Source: Moniliella sp. 'wahieum'
Taxonomy: Eukaryota
Length of the DNA: 64,000 nt
NCBI GenBank assembly: GCA_003971905.1
Contig: RSEE01000001.1
Span: 62,001-126,000 of the forward strand
Direction of reading: 5' to 3'
Below, one piece after another: positions 11,325-25,300 of this stretch. Within the stretch, counting starts at the first letter, position 1. Each line of letters begins with the position of its first letter. The position numbers and the translations under genes are program-made. The notes below the pieces were generated by a model that ran no database searches, was not told where the DNA came from, and saw nothing but the letters and a program-made list of their open reading frames with translations.

Positions 11325-13112
11325 ATGCTGGGTGTGTCGCCGAACTTTGGCACGCTGCTCCGCGAAGCGCGATGGACGAGGTGGCACAAGGAACAAGTGT
11401 ACACTGCTCCCCAGGCCTTCCGCGCCGTCGGCGACTGGGGGTTCAAACAGCGCATGACCTCCCCCTACGCTTACGGCCGCGTGGAGGCGCAGCTGCGCAA
11501 GGACGACGAGCGCGACGGGGCTGCCGTCGGTACTTCTGAGCCGGCTGCCGGTCCCCGTACCGCGGCTGCTACGGCCGAGTTTGTGAACAAGGGGGCCAAG
11601 GCTGTGTTTGCGGCGCCGGGGACCGGATGGGCATCCTACGCTACGTCAAGGTGCGCGACTTGGGCGGCACGTTTGATAACAAGGTCCGTTGGAAGGAACC
11701 GAGCGCGCTGTCCAGTTCCGCCACGCATGGTTTGACAAGGGCGCCCACACGCTCGGCTTTATGGAGGCCCACCACAAGCGCAGTGAGGTTCCGGTCCAAA
11801 CTGCTTTCGGCAACAACGCACGATTTTCCCGCCCGCAGGGCGTGCTGGGCTTGCCCCCACGTAGTGTGTTCGATGGTGCGTCGGAAACAGCGGATGTGTT
11901 TGGGAATGTGAATGGGGCACAGCCCCCCCGCGCGCCCAGTGCCGGCCTGAAGATCCCTGGGATCGAGTCGGCGCCCGAGCTCAAGCAGGCGCCGCAACCT
12001 GCCCCGGCCGCTGCTACGCCCGCTGCCAGCACGCCAACGTCCAAAGCATGGGGCTCTTCGCCCTACATTCTTGACAAGCGGCTGTCGGTGCCCAACTACC
12101 ACTTGCTTGAGCCCAAAGCGTTTGCCAAGTTTGTCAACCGGGTCGAGCAACAGCGGCCCCAGCTGGTCCGCAAGCTGGACACCAAGCAGAAGGAGGCGAT
12201 CAAGTTGGCATTGGCCAAGAAACTGCGTGCAGAAGCATTGGAGGCTGCCAAGAACAACTTGGATCTGGCCAAGAAGCTGAGTGGGCGCAGCCTGGCAGAA
12301 TGGATGGAGGAGGTGCCTTCTCTGGACGGAGTCAAGTGGGAGCAGCCCGACTTGTGGAACGTTGCGCGCAGCACGGACCGTGTGGAGATGAAGAGCGTGA
12401 TCCATACCAACGCGGTCCGCTCCTTGTTCGACAACAAGGGCTCCACCACGTTGCCCTACCAGATTGCGAGGAAGGACCGTATTCACCCTTCGGCTGGGTT
12501 GCAGTACGCGCAGCCGGACGAGGTGTTTACCAACTTGCTCAATGCCTCTCCCGGTCGTGTCCTGGCCAATACACAATCGGCGGGCGGACACGGTGGTGCC
12601 ATCTCTCGTATCTCGCACCGCCGCACCGCCTCGCTGGGTGTCTCGTCTGGCGGTCACATGGAACAGGTCCCTCGGCGGTCAAGGACATGCTGCTCAACTG
12701 GAACATGCGTCGCAGCAAGAACCCGCACTCGGAGGCCAACTTCCGTGTCATGGACGCAAGCATGGCTGTCGCTACTCCACCCAAATATCGTCGGAGAATG
12801 GGGTTGGACGCCAAGTTGGCCAAGAACCGGCTTACGCGTGCTTCTTTCATTCCCAAACAGATGGGCATTGTCCAAGCCTTGTCACGCCCAGTCAAGGTCA
12901 AAGCCGAAGCCAAATTGCCTCCTCCGGGCTCGAGCCTTTCTGCCTCAGGCATGGTTTACACCGTGGAAAACGGCAAGGCCACAATCCAGAAGATCGAACC
13001 CAAAGAACCTCAGCCCCAGGCAGCGACGCCAAGTCCGGTCCAAGTGCATCGCAAGCTGGATCTGGAGGCGATGCTCAAGGGTGTCAACTCGGTCCTGCGC
13101 AGTCACAAGTGA
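11325..13112 (+). CDS. MRP51: Mitochondrial small-subunit ribosomal protein bS1m (Mrp51-like)
   Basis: FGTLLREAR, GDWGFKQ, RYVKVRDL and HPSAGLQY motifs; three frame pieces. Confidence 0.7.
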
Positions 13113-14498
13113 GGTGCTCTCCCTATTCCAACGGAAATGCTATGATTGGCAGGCAGTTGTTCCATCCTATTAGTCTTACGGTATATTTGCTCTGGATCGA
13201 AGAGGTGCGTGCAATCCAGGTCGTCAACAGCGAGTCGATTGCCATAGTAGATGATGATGGCAACCGTCGCTTGCTCCTAGATGCTGGTACGAATGCAGAT
13301 GCAGATGCAGATACGGACATTGTGGCTCCGACCCCCCCCCCTTGTTCTCCAGATGAGTATCTCTGCTCTGTGTTGCGCTCGAGGGGAGTGTTTATTACAG
13401 GGCAAGTCGATTGTGGACCGCTGGTAGTCCAACAGTGCCCGCTACATTTCTCTGCTTGGTCGTATCTCCCTCCTCCCACCTCATCTCGCGCCTGCACCTC
13501 ATCCCGATAAAGGGGAAACGATGACGATTGGCGCCATCTTCTGGCGAGGATGCATATGAGAGCGTGCTCAAGCTGAGCAGGGCCGATGAAGTTAAGGCGG
13601 TGCGGCGTGCATATTTGGGCCATGCTATAAGCGGGTGGTCAGGTGACGGTGATGAGGGCGCAGGCGTACCCAGTGGCACTGCCTCAGGACTCAGACTGAG
13701 GACTCAGGAGGACTGAGGGCTACTGGTACTGAGGCTTGGCACTGGCTTCTCAGTGGCGGAGGGGAGAGGGCGGCTGAGGAAGGAAGTGAAGCTTGAGGTC
13801 GTTGGGATGTGAGAAGCATGGATGGGATCCGCGGAGCCAGAGTGGCGACACTTTTTCAGGCAGGCGGAGAAGGGCCCAGTTGAGAGCGAGGCAGGGAGGG
13901 GGGGCGCGCGCGGTGGCTGATCGACTGATCGACCATCTACCTACTCGGTGTCGCATCCTAGGCCCAGCGAGCCCACTGGGCGTCCACTGGCGTGCGCTGG
14001 GCGTGTCAGAATGTGTCGATCCAAACCAGTCTGAGATCCAACGCTTACAGAGCGCTTCCAGGCCGCGGCTTGGCGCACGAGCGATGATCGATGACGCACC
14101 CACCCGTCGCACTGCGCCACACAGCCGCTCGCTTGGCTTCGGGGCTCGCATCAGTCCACTGTGGGCCCCGCGCAGCCGCGCTGGGGGCGGCGGCATGGGG
14201 GCAGTGCTTCCGGTGCTTGCGCGGCGCTCAGCGCAGGGCAACTGCCCCCGTGCGGCGGATGGCTCGGCCCTGAGGAGCTGCGCATGGCGTGGCTGGGGCT
14301 GGTCGTCGCCCTTGCTCGTCCCTGGTCGCTGCCTCGCCCCGCCTTCTCCTCGTCGCTCAGCCCGCGTCCAACGCGTTGCCTCTCCACCACCGCTGCGCCC
14401 CCACAGCAGCCCCCGCTGGTGCCAACGCCACCTCGCCCCCCCACCCCCTCTCCTTTCCATCCCCATCCCCATCCCCATCCCCTCCCCCATCCCCCGCC

Positions 14499-17042
14499 AT
14501 GGCCTCTTCCGCCTCCTTCTCCCCCAGCAGCAACCACCGCCACTCCAGTCTGTCCCAAAGCACCCTCCCCGCCCCTGGCCCGCTTCCCGGCACGCTGCCC
14601 TCCATGTCGGGCGCTCCCAGCTTCGCCCCCTCCCTCTCCAGCCTGGCTGTTGCCGCTGCCGGCGACTCGCTTCGCCCCGCTCTCCTGGACGAGAGTGCGC
14701 TGTCCCCCGCCGAGTACCGCGCCTACATCCCCGCCCTCCTTGGCCTGAGGCGTTCCGAGGCCGGCATCGACGGCCTGTACGACGAGCAATCCGCGCTGCA
14801 ATACTTGCGCGAAAAGTGCAAGCTCCAGCTCAAAGACGAAGCCATGATCCTTGCCCTCTTTGAACGCACTCCGCTCGGCATCAAGCCAGGCCATTTCTTC
14901 GCTTGGCTCCGCCTCGTCTCCTGGGTCCAACAGGGCAAGCCTCCCAGCAAGAAGCTCCTCTTCACTCAAAGTGCGTTTGCTTGCACCCCCCTCTCCCGAC
15001 CTTGCTCTGACCCCTGCCCTCTGCCTGCAGCCCAGCCAGCGCAGACGTTCATTGGTGCCCCCTCTGGGTACGACCCGCCCCGGCCCACACACACCACTCA
15101 TGCCCCACCCTCCGACTCGACCACACCTCCAAGCTGGGGTATGGGCCTGCATCGCAACGGCGTCCGGCATCCCGCCAATCCGCTTCCCTCTCCGCAGCTG
15201 CGCTCCCGCCTAGTAGTGTATCCAGCTCTCACCCGCGCAAATCTATTGACCGACTTGTCCGGCCCCATGCGCATGCGGCCACCCAACAAGCTACGCCGTC
15301 TCCGGCCGTGGCAGCGTCGCGGGACCCGCAGCCTGCGGATACCGTTCCGCACCCGGCCAGTAGCAAGAACCCTTTCCGCGCCTCGCTTGTGTCGGCCGCG
15401 GCCCAGGGTGTCGATCCAGCTGCTGCCTCGGTCCAGTCAGCACCGCTACATCACCACCACCACCATCATCATCGCGACCGTACTGCTCGACCGTTGCAGC
15501 AGCAACCCCCCCACATCATCATCCTCATCGCCCGCCTCCCGGTAGCCAGCTTCCGGCCCTGGATGCAGCTCCTGCCCCGGCACACGCAGCGCCTCATCCT
15601 CCTGTGCCGCATGCACCTCCTGCGCCGTCGACTGTCTCGTCGGCCAACACGTTGCCACTAGATGCATTGATCGGGTTCAATCCTGCCCCGAACCCTTTCA
15701 AGCAATCCAATCCGCGTCTGGTCCGGCCTACCCCCGTTGTCGCTGGCTCGCGAAGGCCCGTGTCGCATACGTTTGGCGATGCCGCCGACGCACGGGACCG
15801 CGAACGTGAAATGAACATGCTTACGCCTGCTTCCGGCTGGGCGATGGACGAGAACAACCTCTATGCCGGGTACAAGCCGAACGATCGCTTGGGCGTAACG
15901 ATGCCGTCGCGCGCGCCCATCAGCCCTTTGATCCAGGCTGGCCTGGATGCTGCGTCCGAGGTGCAGAGGGCAAAGCAGGCTTTGCCCCCTAAAACCTATA
16001 CCACCATCCAACGCAGCACGGTGCACCCGGCCCCCCTCAAACCCAAGGCAAGCAAGCCTGGCACGTCGAAAAAAGGGATCAGCGCGCCTCGCTCCACCGC
16101 CGCCGGTACCTCCACCACGGGAGCCGGACCGAAACTTGTCGCGCCCAGCCGCGCCGAGCCGCGGCGGGGACCGACCTGAGTCAGCCTCGCAAGAAGGTCG
16201 CTTCCCGGTCGGAGTATTTGGACGAGGACGAGATCCATTCCCTGCGCAGCCTCAAGAGCGGCAAGAGCAAGCGCAGTACCCTGGCCCGTCCCAACCCCGA
16301 ATCGCACGTGTCCCCTGGCGTGGGCGATCTGCTGGGCTCCCATCTGGCCAGTCTTGGCGCCGGAGGCCGGCCCAAGTCGCGCGGTAGCATGATGGCCCGG
16401 CCCCGTCCGCCCGACGACCTCCGATCCGAGGCGGCAATGACCAACAGTACGGCGGGATCGGTGACGAACTGGTTGCGTGAACAGGACGCGTTTGCCCGCG
16501 CTCGTACGCAGACCGAAGACCGGAGGAGGAATTCGGCGGTTCGCGAACCGGAGGGGTCCCCGTCCAAGTCCCCGCGCTCTCGTTCTTCTGCCTCGATGAG
16601 TACCTTTCCGCCGAGGACGAAGGGGATGCAGCGGGCTCGATGCGGGATGTGGCCGACGGCATCAGTCGGCCAGGCAACCCTTTTGACGCGCAGGCCGAAC
16701 CGTCGCGCCCAACCCCCGTTTCCGTTTCGCTCGCTCCCCCCGTGCTGCCTCCGCTCGCCTTGAGCCCGTCCCACCCTCCCGACCGCCTTGCCATCCTGAC
16801 TGGGGCCACTGGGACTCCCACACCGCATGCCAAACTCCAGTCCTAGGCCTCCGTCCAGAGGTGCCCGCCTGGTCTCAAGCTTCAAGTCCGCTCCGGCCAT
16901 GTCTCCCTCAGCAGCCACACTGAGAACGCGATCCCCCCATCCTCGACCCTGCTTGCATCTGCGCATCGTGCTGGACTATTGCCTCTTTAGTTCCTCCTTC
17001 CCTCGCCCGCATGGGTGCCGATCCCGTCTGCCCCTCTCCTGA
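14499..17042 (+). CDS. Protein with N-terminal EH/EF-hand-like domain and long Pro/Ser-rich tail with NPF motifs (endocytic scaffold-like)
   Basis: ILALFE...GHFFAWLRLVSWVQQGKPPSKKLLF resembles EH helices; intron 14971-15030; NPF tripeptides (ANPL, KNPF, PNPF, GNPF) in downstream pieces; end uncertain. Confidence 0.55.
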
Positions 17043-18346
17043 CCCCCACGCCCTTCTTGGCCTTGTGCGGGCGACCCCGGTCCCAGCATTTCGCATTCCC
17101 CTCGTTTCCCCTCTCGCTCTGCCATCCATCCACCCGACCGACCTGCCTGTGCTTGCCCTCCATCTGTTTTCTCCTCCGCGTGGGCTGGACCCCACCGCCT
17201 TGTTTGCAGCCGGGACGGCCCCACGCAGGCCCGGTCCAGCTCACCGTACCCTGCTACATTGGCGAGCCGGTGCTTGGCACGCCATGCCGCTCCCCGCTCC
17301 TTCAAACTGATACCAATTTTCAATTTTCTGTCTTGTCTTGATGCCATCCTGCTCGCTGGTGAAGCTTGAAGCCTGAAGCTTGAAGCATGTGTTTGCAGGA
17401 TCCCTAGAGCGCCTGCCCCACTATGTGGCGGCGGCGCGGTGCCACGAAACGAGGATACGAAGACGCCAACCCAGTTGAGCCGATAGACTAGGGGAGCAGG
17501 TGACTGTGTTGAATGGAGGCCGAGCGAGTGGGGGTCGACTGATGGGGCCGTTGGGCAGATGCTTAAGCTGCGACATCATATCCACGCCCCTCACGGTTGC
17601 CCCGGCCTCCTACCATGTCCGATACTCGATTGTCCCAGGGCAGAGCGGAAGCGCCCCCTCGATCGCCCCCCCTTGCCTGTGCTGGGCCTGTTGGACCACC
17701 TGCTGAGGGTGTGGAAGGCAACTGCAAAAAAGAGAGAGCAGACAGGGGATGGAAAGTGTATTGCGTCGCATAGGAGCTGCCGAGGCTAGAGAGGATTCCT
17801 GTGCGCTCCAGGAAAGGAGGATTGTCTGAAGCTAGTAGCTTGAAGGCCAGCACCGAAAGGCAAGGGGATTGAAGCTTGAAGGCGCTCAACGTCACAATTA
17901 GACAGCTCAGGGAAGATGACCAATTATATGAACGGGTAACAAAGGAGGGTAGCGGGAATCTGTAGGATCAAACAACAAGTCTGGCATCTACATCGATCAC
18001 GAGCCTCTCTGCGGCGCAGGGCTCGGGCGACAGTGTTTGACGAAACGAAAAAGTATATCATCAGGACCCCCAAGGAGAAGACGGGCGAATACAAGAAGCA
18101 GATATCTACGGAGCCAGCATGCCCAAGCAGGAAGAATGGCCGACCACGTGGACCAACGGGGCGGCCAATAAACGGGCGCCGATCCCCGTTCTCGGTTCAC
18201 ATCGCACAGGGAAAGAGACAGGTGCACCGGGAAAAAAAGGAAAAGGAGAGTAGGCACCGGCTGAATATGATGAGAGAGAACTGAAATTGGGGCCACAGTG
18301 TGGAGGACGAGAGAGGCAGGGAGTGGGAGGAGACAATGTGTTGGTT

Positions 18347-20232
18347 CTACTCCAAATCCGTCTTGCGCTGGACCGCTCGTTGGTGGGTGCGAGGTCCTCT
18401 TTCTCCTCCGCCTGGACCTCGGCCAAGTTGCGTGCGGGCGCCGATCCGTCGCCCAGGACGTCATTGCGTCCATGGGCAACCAGGTAGGCGTTCCACTCGC
18501 GGTCTTGCTCGGCCAAATCAATCTTGGTCGTATCGGGCACAAGCAAGGCAGCAATCGCGACGCCTACCGCGCCAATTCCGGCGGCCCAGTAAAACGTTGC
18601 GTTCTTCCCCCACCTTCGTTGGATGGGCTGGAAGGATTGGGTGCCGATGGCCGCGCCGGCCTTGGCAAACGCTGCTGCAAACCCATAGTGAGTCCCGCGC
18701 AGTGCGGTTGGGAAGGACGAGGCAGATACCAGGCCGCACGCCGATCCTGGACCCAGGTTGCCAAACGAAGCCAACAGACCGTACAACACCACCATCGCAG
18801 CAGGTGCTTCCAGCAGCTTGTTCCATGCTGCTCCGATGATCACGCCTATTCATACCCCCCACCTACGCGTTAGCCAAACCAGGTCCAAAGTAAGGGGAGC
18901 AAAAATAGGACCACAGACGAACCCAAAACGACATAACCACCAAAGCCGATGACGAGGACCACTTGGTTCCAACGTAAGGAAGGATGATGGGTCCCAGGAA
19001 CGCTCCGGGGAGAGAAAGAGCGCCGAGCAGCAACTGGTACTCGGCCGTCTTGCGCAGAGGCGGTTTGTGCAGAATGATGGAGATGACGTGCCTGAAAAGA
19101 CCCATTGGAAAAGCTGACAACTGGAGGGAGAAACAAAGAGAGGGTGTTAGAGAAAAAAAGTGTTCTCGCCAGTTCAGGGGTCTAACATGCAGCAAGAAAC
19201 TGATCATGTAGCACTCACAGTCATACAGAAACCATGCCATGGAAATACCAAACAGGCGTGGCCAGTACTTTTTCAGCGCCAGCACATAGGGCACCTTGTG
19301 ACGGATGGCATTCTTTCGGTAGAGCTTGGAGTTAATCATGCGCCACCGGAAGTAAAACACTGTCATGGGCAGCAGTGCTCCAATACCGAAACAGACGCGC
19401 CAGGTAATGTCGAGTTTGCGCATGTCGCTCGCACCCTGGGGCTTAGGGGTGTCGCCGTACCCGGTTGCCGACAAGACGATGAGGAAAATGGACGAAGCCA
19501 GCGGTCCGCCAAAAGTGAGGACGACGTTGGTGACCCAGATAAAGATCGAGTCGCGCTTGGCGCGGGAAGAGAAACGTTCATCGGCCGCCTCGGATGCCGA
19601 GACGGAGGAAGCGGGGTACTCACCACCCACGCCAAAGCCGATTGCGCCACGGGTCACGACGAGCCACCAGAACAGGTTGTTGGGGTTGCCATGGATAGGC
19701 GAAGCAGCGGTGGAAAAAATGGCCCCAAGCACGAGGATGACGGTGGTGATGACGATGGCCGACTTGCGGCCGACACGGTCGGTAATCACACCACAACCAG
19801 TTGACCCATAATCGCACCCACCAAGAGCGCGTTGCTTACACGCGTGCTCATTGTGGATGTGTAGACATCGGTGCCATAACGCTGCAGCAGGCCATGGGTA
19901 CCTCCGTCAGTATATAAGAAAGTTTTTTGCTATGACGCGGGGCCAAAGACGTCGGGAGAAGATGCGTACCGTCTGAAATAGTACATTGGCAAGGGTCATG
20001 CAGTTGTTTGGAAGCCGTCGCTGATCAGGGCAGCACCGGCGGCCAGAACAGTAAAGAAGGAGCTGTACTTGGCGATCTTGGCCTGCTTGGCCTGCTTGGC
20101 CACCTCTTTGGGGTCTTGGTAAGGCAGGTTGGCAGGCGTCAAGTCGCCCGAGGGCAGTTCCTGCAGCGGCGACTTGCCGTTGCTGCTCTGTTCATCGGAC
20201 GAGACCTTGACAAAGTCGTCTTGGCCGAGCAT
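18347..20232 (-). CDS. GIT1: MFS glycerophosphodiester/phosphate permease (Git1-like)
   Basis: AGAALISDGFQ, DRVGRK, GFGVGGEYPASS, WPRLFG, NLGPG, FPTALRG, AAAFAKAGA motifs; introns near 19118-19215 and 19890-19970. Confidence 0.85.
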
Positions 20233-21709
20233 GTTGGTGGCAGGCGGCGGCGGGGACCAGGATGCGGGCCGAGGGGGCGGTCATGCGGGGCGCTGGAGAG
20301 GGGGAGAGGCGAGGCAGGAGAGACGGTGCACCAACAGGGAAAAGGGAGCCGTCTCTTCTTTAAAGCACAGCACCAAGTAACACAGCAGGAGAGTGGGGGG
20401 CAGAGGGACCCTGCGGCGGAAGAAGGGTGGTGGTGGGGGAAAGCGTATCGTGTGCAGGGGGAGACGCCGCATCAGACCATTGTATTGCCCTATGATGGAT
20501 CCGATCATCGATCATGCCCCTCGTTGGACGCACGTCGCCAGCACCAGCAGCAGGCCCCACCGACGGGCGAGGCGACAGAAGGATGCTGCTCGGTCCGGTG
20601 CGCACGTTCTCTCGGCCCGAGAGGAAACGCCCCAGCCCCAGCCTAGAACGCCAGCCGCCCATGCCCCGCCTGGGACCATGCTGCGCTGGGCTGCCGGCCC
20701 ATGCACATCACCTCTCCCCCCTCGGAGGCCAGATGGCAGAGACGGCGCACACGCGAGCACACGCCCACGGAGTACATATTGGCGGTGTAAACCACCTGCT
20801 TGCCCAATGGCCGCTCGGCTGAAGCGCGCAAGGCGGGCAAGCCATAGCGCACGTGCCGTACGCCCCACACGGCCCAGCACCCGGCCACTGTCCCTGCAGC
20901 GTCGCGTGTCACATGTCAGTAGTCACCCGTTGCATGTCGCATGTCACAGGTCGCAAGGGAATTCACACGCAGAGGTCCAACGCCCAACTGTCTGCATCGT
21001 CCACCGGCCGCCCCCGCTTCTTCTCCGTCGGCACAACCGTTCGTTTGGATCAGCGCTTTTAGCCGGCCGAGCCGAGAATCGAGCGGGATAAGTTGATAGA
21101 GGGTTGCCCTGGGTTACCTGGATGGAAAATGCGTTGCTTCTTACCCAGTTGGCTGCGTCCGTGGCCAACCAGCCAGAGAGATCAACATGAAAACAACCCA
21201 ACAGGGAAACAATTAACTTACTTTAGCGCCCCGCCCTGCCTCCTACCCTATAACTTGTAACTGGTAACTCCGCACCCCACAGATCAGCCCAGGTCCCAGG
21301 TCCCAGGGCCACAGCGCAAAAATGCGTGGAGCGTACAACAGAGCTCGCCGAGCCAGAAGGAACCAGGCCTCACAGGCATCATGCATCAGGCCTCAGGGCC
21401 TCAGGCACGCAAAGGACGACGGCTGATCGAATCGAGCTGATCGACATGATCGCTTCAATGATAGGCTCGGCGCCCCGAAGCTCCCTACGGCCTACCGCCT
21501 CTCTTACCCCACAGACTGTCTCTCTTTTCTTGGCCTTTGGGTGTTGGCAAATTTGACGCTTAGACGCAGGGAAGAAAAGCACACTGTGCAGGGCATGCAC
21601 CACGCGTCAGAACCTTGCACCCGGCAGGTCGTCGATCATCATCGTTCCTAGGCCTTTAGGCCCTATTAATTATTGCAGGAACAGAGTGTGTTGAATGTTG
21701 CTACGGTCA

Positions 21710-21825
21710 GTTGATGAACGTTGAACGTTGAACGGTTGAGGTCTGTTGAGACGTTGACGGTAGACGTGTTGACGGTTGGTAAACGGTTGGTAAGAGTAGA
21801 CGAACGGTTAACGCGACGTTGACGC
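21710..21825. repeat. Degenerate (GAACGTT)/(GTTGA) array
   Basis: gaacgttgaacgttgaacggttgag...gacgttgacgg...gttgacggttgg read directly. Confidence 0.8.
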
Positions 21826-22395
21826 GCCCTCCATCGTTTTCCGCTCCAGCAGGCCCGATGTTCAACCGCTCTGTTGGCCTAGGGAGCCGGACGGGCAGAA
21901 GGATGAGGAGAAGGTGATGGATTGGAGCCAGAGTTGGGTCTGGGTACAGAGGCATCTATATAGGAGGCTGGACTAGGCACAGGGACAGTGAGTCACACAG
22001 GAGAGAGTGCAGGGCACAGGGACAGTGACACGCAGGGACGTCAGCGTGGAAGCCGATGGAACCGAGGCGAACCTGGTCTACCGACTGGGAGCCAGAGGAT
22101 CACAGTCAACACGCTCTTCCCCCGCCGGAGTTGGGTGCCTAGACACTTCCCATCTTCCCCTCCAAACAGGACAAAAAAGCGACGTCTTTTCGCCCACACC
22201 CACCCATGAATCCTCTCGACCGTGATCACGTAGGCTGCCTTATACGTACGACGGTCCACATTCATGTCACTCCAGCCCACTCCTCTATCGTAACATCCTG
22301 ACCATTCTGCCCTCACCCACTCCTCCTGCAGACACCCAAGCGAGACCGAGCGAAACGGATCATATGGTATAAAAAATGGCAGGCCAGATCCCCGA

Positions 22396-25300
22396 TCAAG
22401 CTCCTACCGTGGAAAGCGGTGCCATCAGAGGAATCAAGCGGCCCGTGCGCGACGGAAGCGACGCAGCAGGAAGACTGCGCGCCTGCAGTTGTTTGCCCTG
22501 GATATCCTCGATCTTGGCGGCAACAAAACGGGCGGCAATGTACTGTCGCTCGGTCCATTGCTTGGTGGGGACCGACGATGCGGGACTCCAGCGCTTGAGC
22601 GGGACCGAGGGGGGAGAAAGGCCTGTGGAGGCACCGCCCTCCTCGGTGGCGGAAAGGGAAGGCTTAGGAGCAACCGAATTGTCGGACCCCTTTTCCTTTT
22701 CTTTGTCCTTACCCTTGTCCATGTCCTGGTCCTTATCTGTGCCCTTATCCTTGTCTTTGTCCTTGTCCTCTACTGGATCCGAACCTTTCTCGTCCGAAGG
22801 CATGTCGGCCAGCGACTTGCCGCGCGAGTGGCGGTGGCCATGTTTCTTGTGCTTGCGGTGGGAGCGGGGCGGCTTGAAGGTAGCGCAGGTAATGTCGAGC
22901 ATCCGTGGTGTGGCAGCAAACTGGAGTGCTTGGTTCCGCACCGTTAGCTTGGAACAGAAGCGTGGTCAAGCCTTCTTGGCCCTCGGCCTTCTCCAGGGGC
23001 AGACCTCGGCTTGCTGCTCCTCCTTGTCTTGTTCAACCTTCTGGACATCGTCTTCGTCCACCGAAGGTAGCGCGGGGAGGGCGAACAAGGCGCTACGAAG
23101 ATCGGCGCTCTTGAGGTAGGCATTCTCGTTGACCACGTGGTGCACGGCGGCACGCAGAGAACGTACACGGTCGAGCAGGTAAGAGGTCTCAACGTCAATG
23201 GACGAGTAGGTAAACTCGGCGGGCTTGTTTCTTGGCCCCCGGCGCGCGTCTGGACTTCCTCGTGCTAGTAGCGGCAGCGGCGGTGGCCAGCTTGCGTGCG
23301 ACCACCAAGTTTTTCTCCAGATCGTCAATCTCAGTTTGAAGCGCGTCGTTGGCTTTTGGTAGGCCTGACTCTGTTTGAGCGTTTCCCCCAGCTCATGTTT
23401 GAGGGAAACGATCTGTTCGGCCTGCTCCCGACTTGCCTTGAGCTGGCGATTTAAGCGCTCCACCTTAATTCCATCTTCTTGCAAGCGCTCGTCCCGCCAC
23501 TTGAGCTCGCGGTACAAGTCACGAATTTCATCGGTCAACTTGGCCACCGTTCGCTCTGCTTCCACATTACGCATCGACTCGATCTTAACTTGCTCCACGC
23601 GGGCGAGCCATGGCTCGGCACCCACAACTGCAGATCCAGTGGTCAGTCTTTCTCTTCATAACGGCACGGGGAAAAATCAGAAGGAACGCACGTTGCACAA
23701 TGTTATCCGGCTCCTTGGCTACAACCAGCAGGGAAGAGACGGTAGCCACCATCGACGTTGTCGACTCGAGTGGTTTCGTCCAGGGCTCAGCGTCAAACAC
23801 ATTGAATCCTTCCTTGGTTGAATCGAGCACCTGCTTGAGGAAGTTGGACAAGAAGACAGGGCATCTTGGACGTTTTGACCTCGTGGGCATAAGTGGAGGC
23901 GGAGCGTGCCAAGGCAGCTGCAAATTCCACCAGCTCGGAACTGGTCTGAGTGAGAGTGGGCAAGGTAGAGGAGACAGCATCCATGCGAAGCGCTTCCGTA
24001 TTGGCGTGCAATCCCTCGAGGTGACGGAGGAACTTGTGCGAGGTGACCTTGGCTGCCTTGAGCTTGTCCACCAACTCGTCCAGCGGACCAAACATTGCAT
24101 TGTCCACGCTCTTTCCTCCGCCCCAAGTTCCCACTCCACCGAGCCATCGACATGGAGCGCTGCAATGACTTGCCGCGTAAACGCCAGCGAGGCAAAGGGT
24201 ATCCAGATCGTGTTCAAACAGCGACACACTCCCCACTTCCTTAGCTGACAGGTCCGGCTCGGCATCCGACTCGATCACCATCCCACCCTCAACGACAGCA
24301 TCTTGATCGGCCGCAGCAAGCGCCTCGGCAAGTCCTCGAGCTGAGTGATGAAGCGCAGGAGATCCGAAACCACTCTGACTCTTTGAGTTCCTCCTTGCGC
24401 AGTGCTCGATATACTATCCATCCTCCGCTCGACAGGAGCAAGCTCCTTGTACATCCGCCGCCGCGGATGAAGGCACTTGGGCTGCCATGTCCGACAATGG
24501 CTGAGATCTGTCGCGAGACGGCAGTAAAGTGGGCGAGGTGGCGCCTCATTTGGCAAATGGAGATGAGCTTTTCGTTGGGCGGGGGTGATCCAGCAACAGT
24601 AGTCTCGGAGCGCTCAAGTTGACGGGGAATGTCATAGTGGATTTCAATCACGTTCTTGATAATGTCTGCTTTTTGGTGGATGCGCTCAAAGAAGAGCAAA
24701 GCGTTGACGCATCCGCATCTTCGTGGAAGAAGGCGGCAGGGAGATAGGGGCGAATAATATCGATGTTCATCTGGGCCTGCTGAGCCGCCAACTTGCCCAA
24801 CTCGAGTTCGATCGTCTTGGCCTGAGACTTGAGAATAGACGTTTGAAGCTTCATGTTGAGGTTGAGCATGGCTTGGGTCTGGCTGGCAAGCTTGCTGCCC
24901 CCGCCAACCGTTGCGAGGGCACTGGCGTCTGCTCCCTCTGTCTCGGATAGCCATTTGGCCCTCTCCTCTTGCAATCGTTCGACCTCAGACTGGAGCTGCA
25001 TGGTCACTTCACGGAACTGCGCAAAGATCGCTTGGTCTTCAGCCACATTGGCCTCCAGGGTCTCGTTGCGGTGATGCTGTTCGGCAAGCTCGATCGCCTT
25101 GAGGTCAATCTCCTCTTGCAGTTGCTTCTCAGTCTCGATGTGAGTTTCCTCAAGTTCGTCATTGAGCTCCTTGAGTGCATCCAGATCCTCGATCACCGAT
25201 TTCATCTCCTCAACTTTTTCGTTGAGAACAAGGTTGCGTTCGGTCAACTCTTCAAGCATCTCTTCTGCGTTAAGTGCATCGTCCAGTTGTACCTTGAGTT

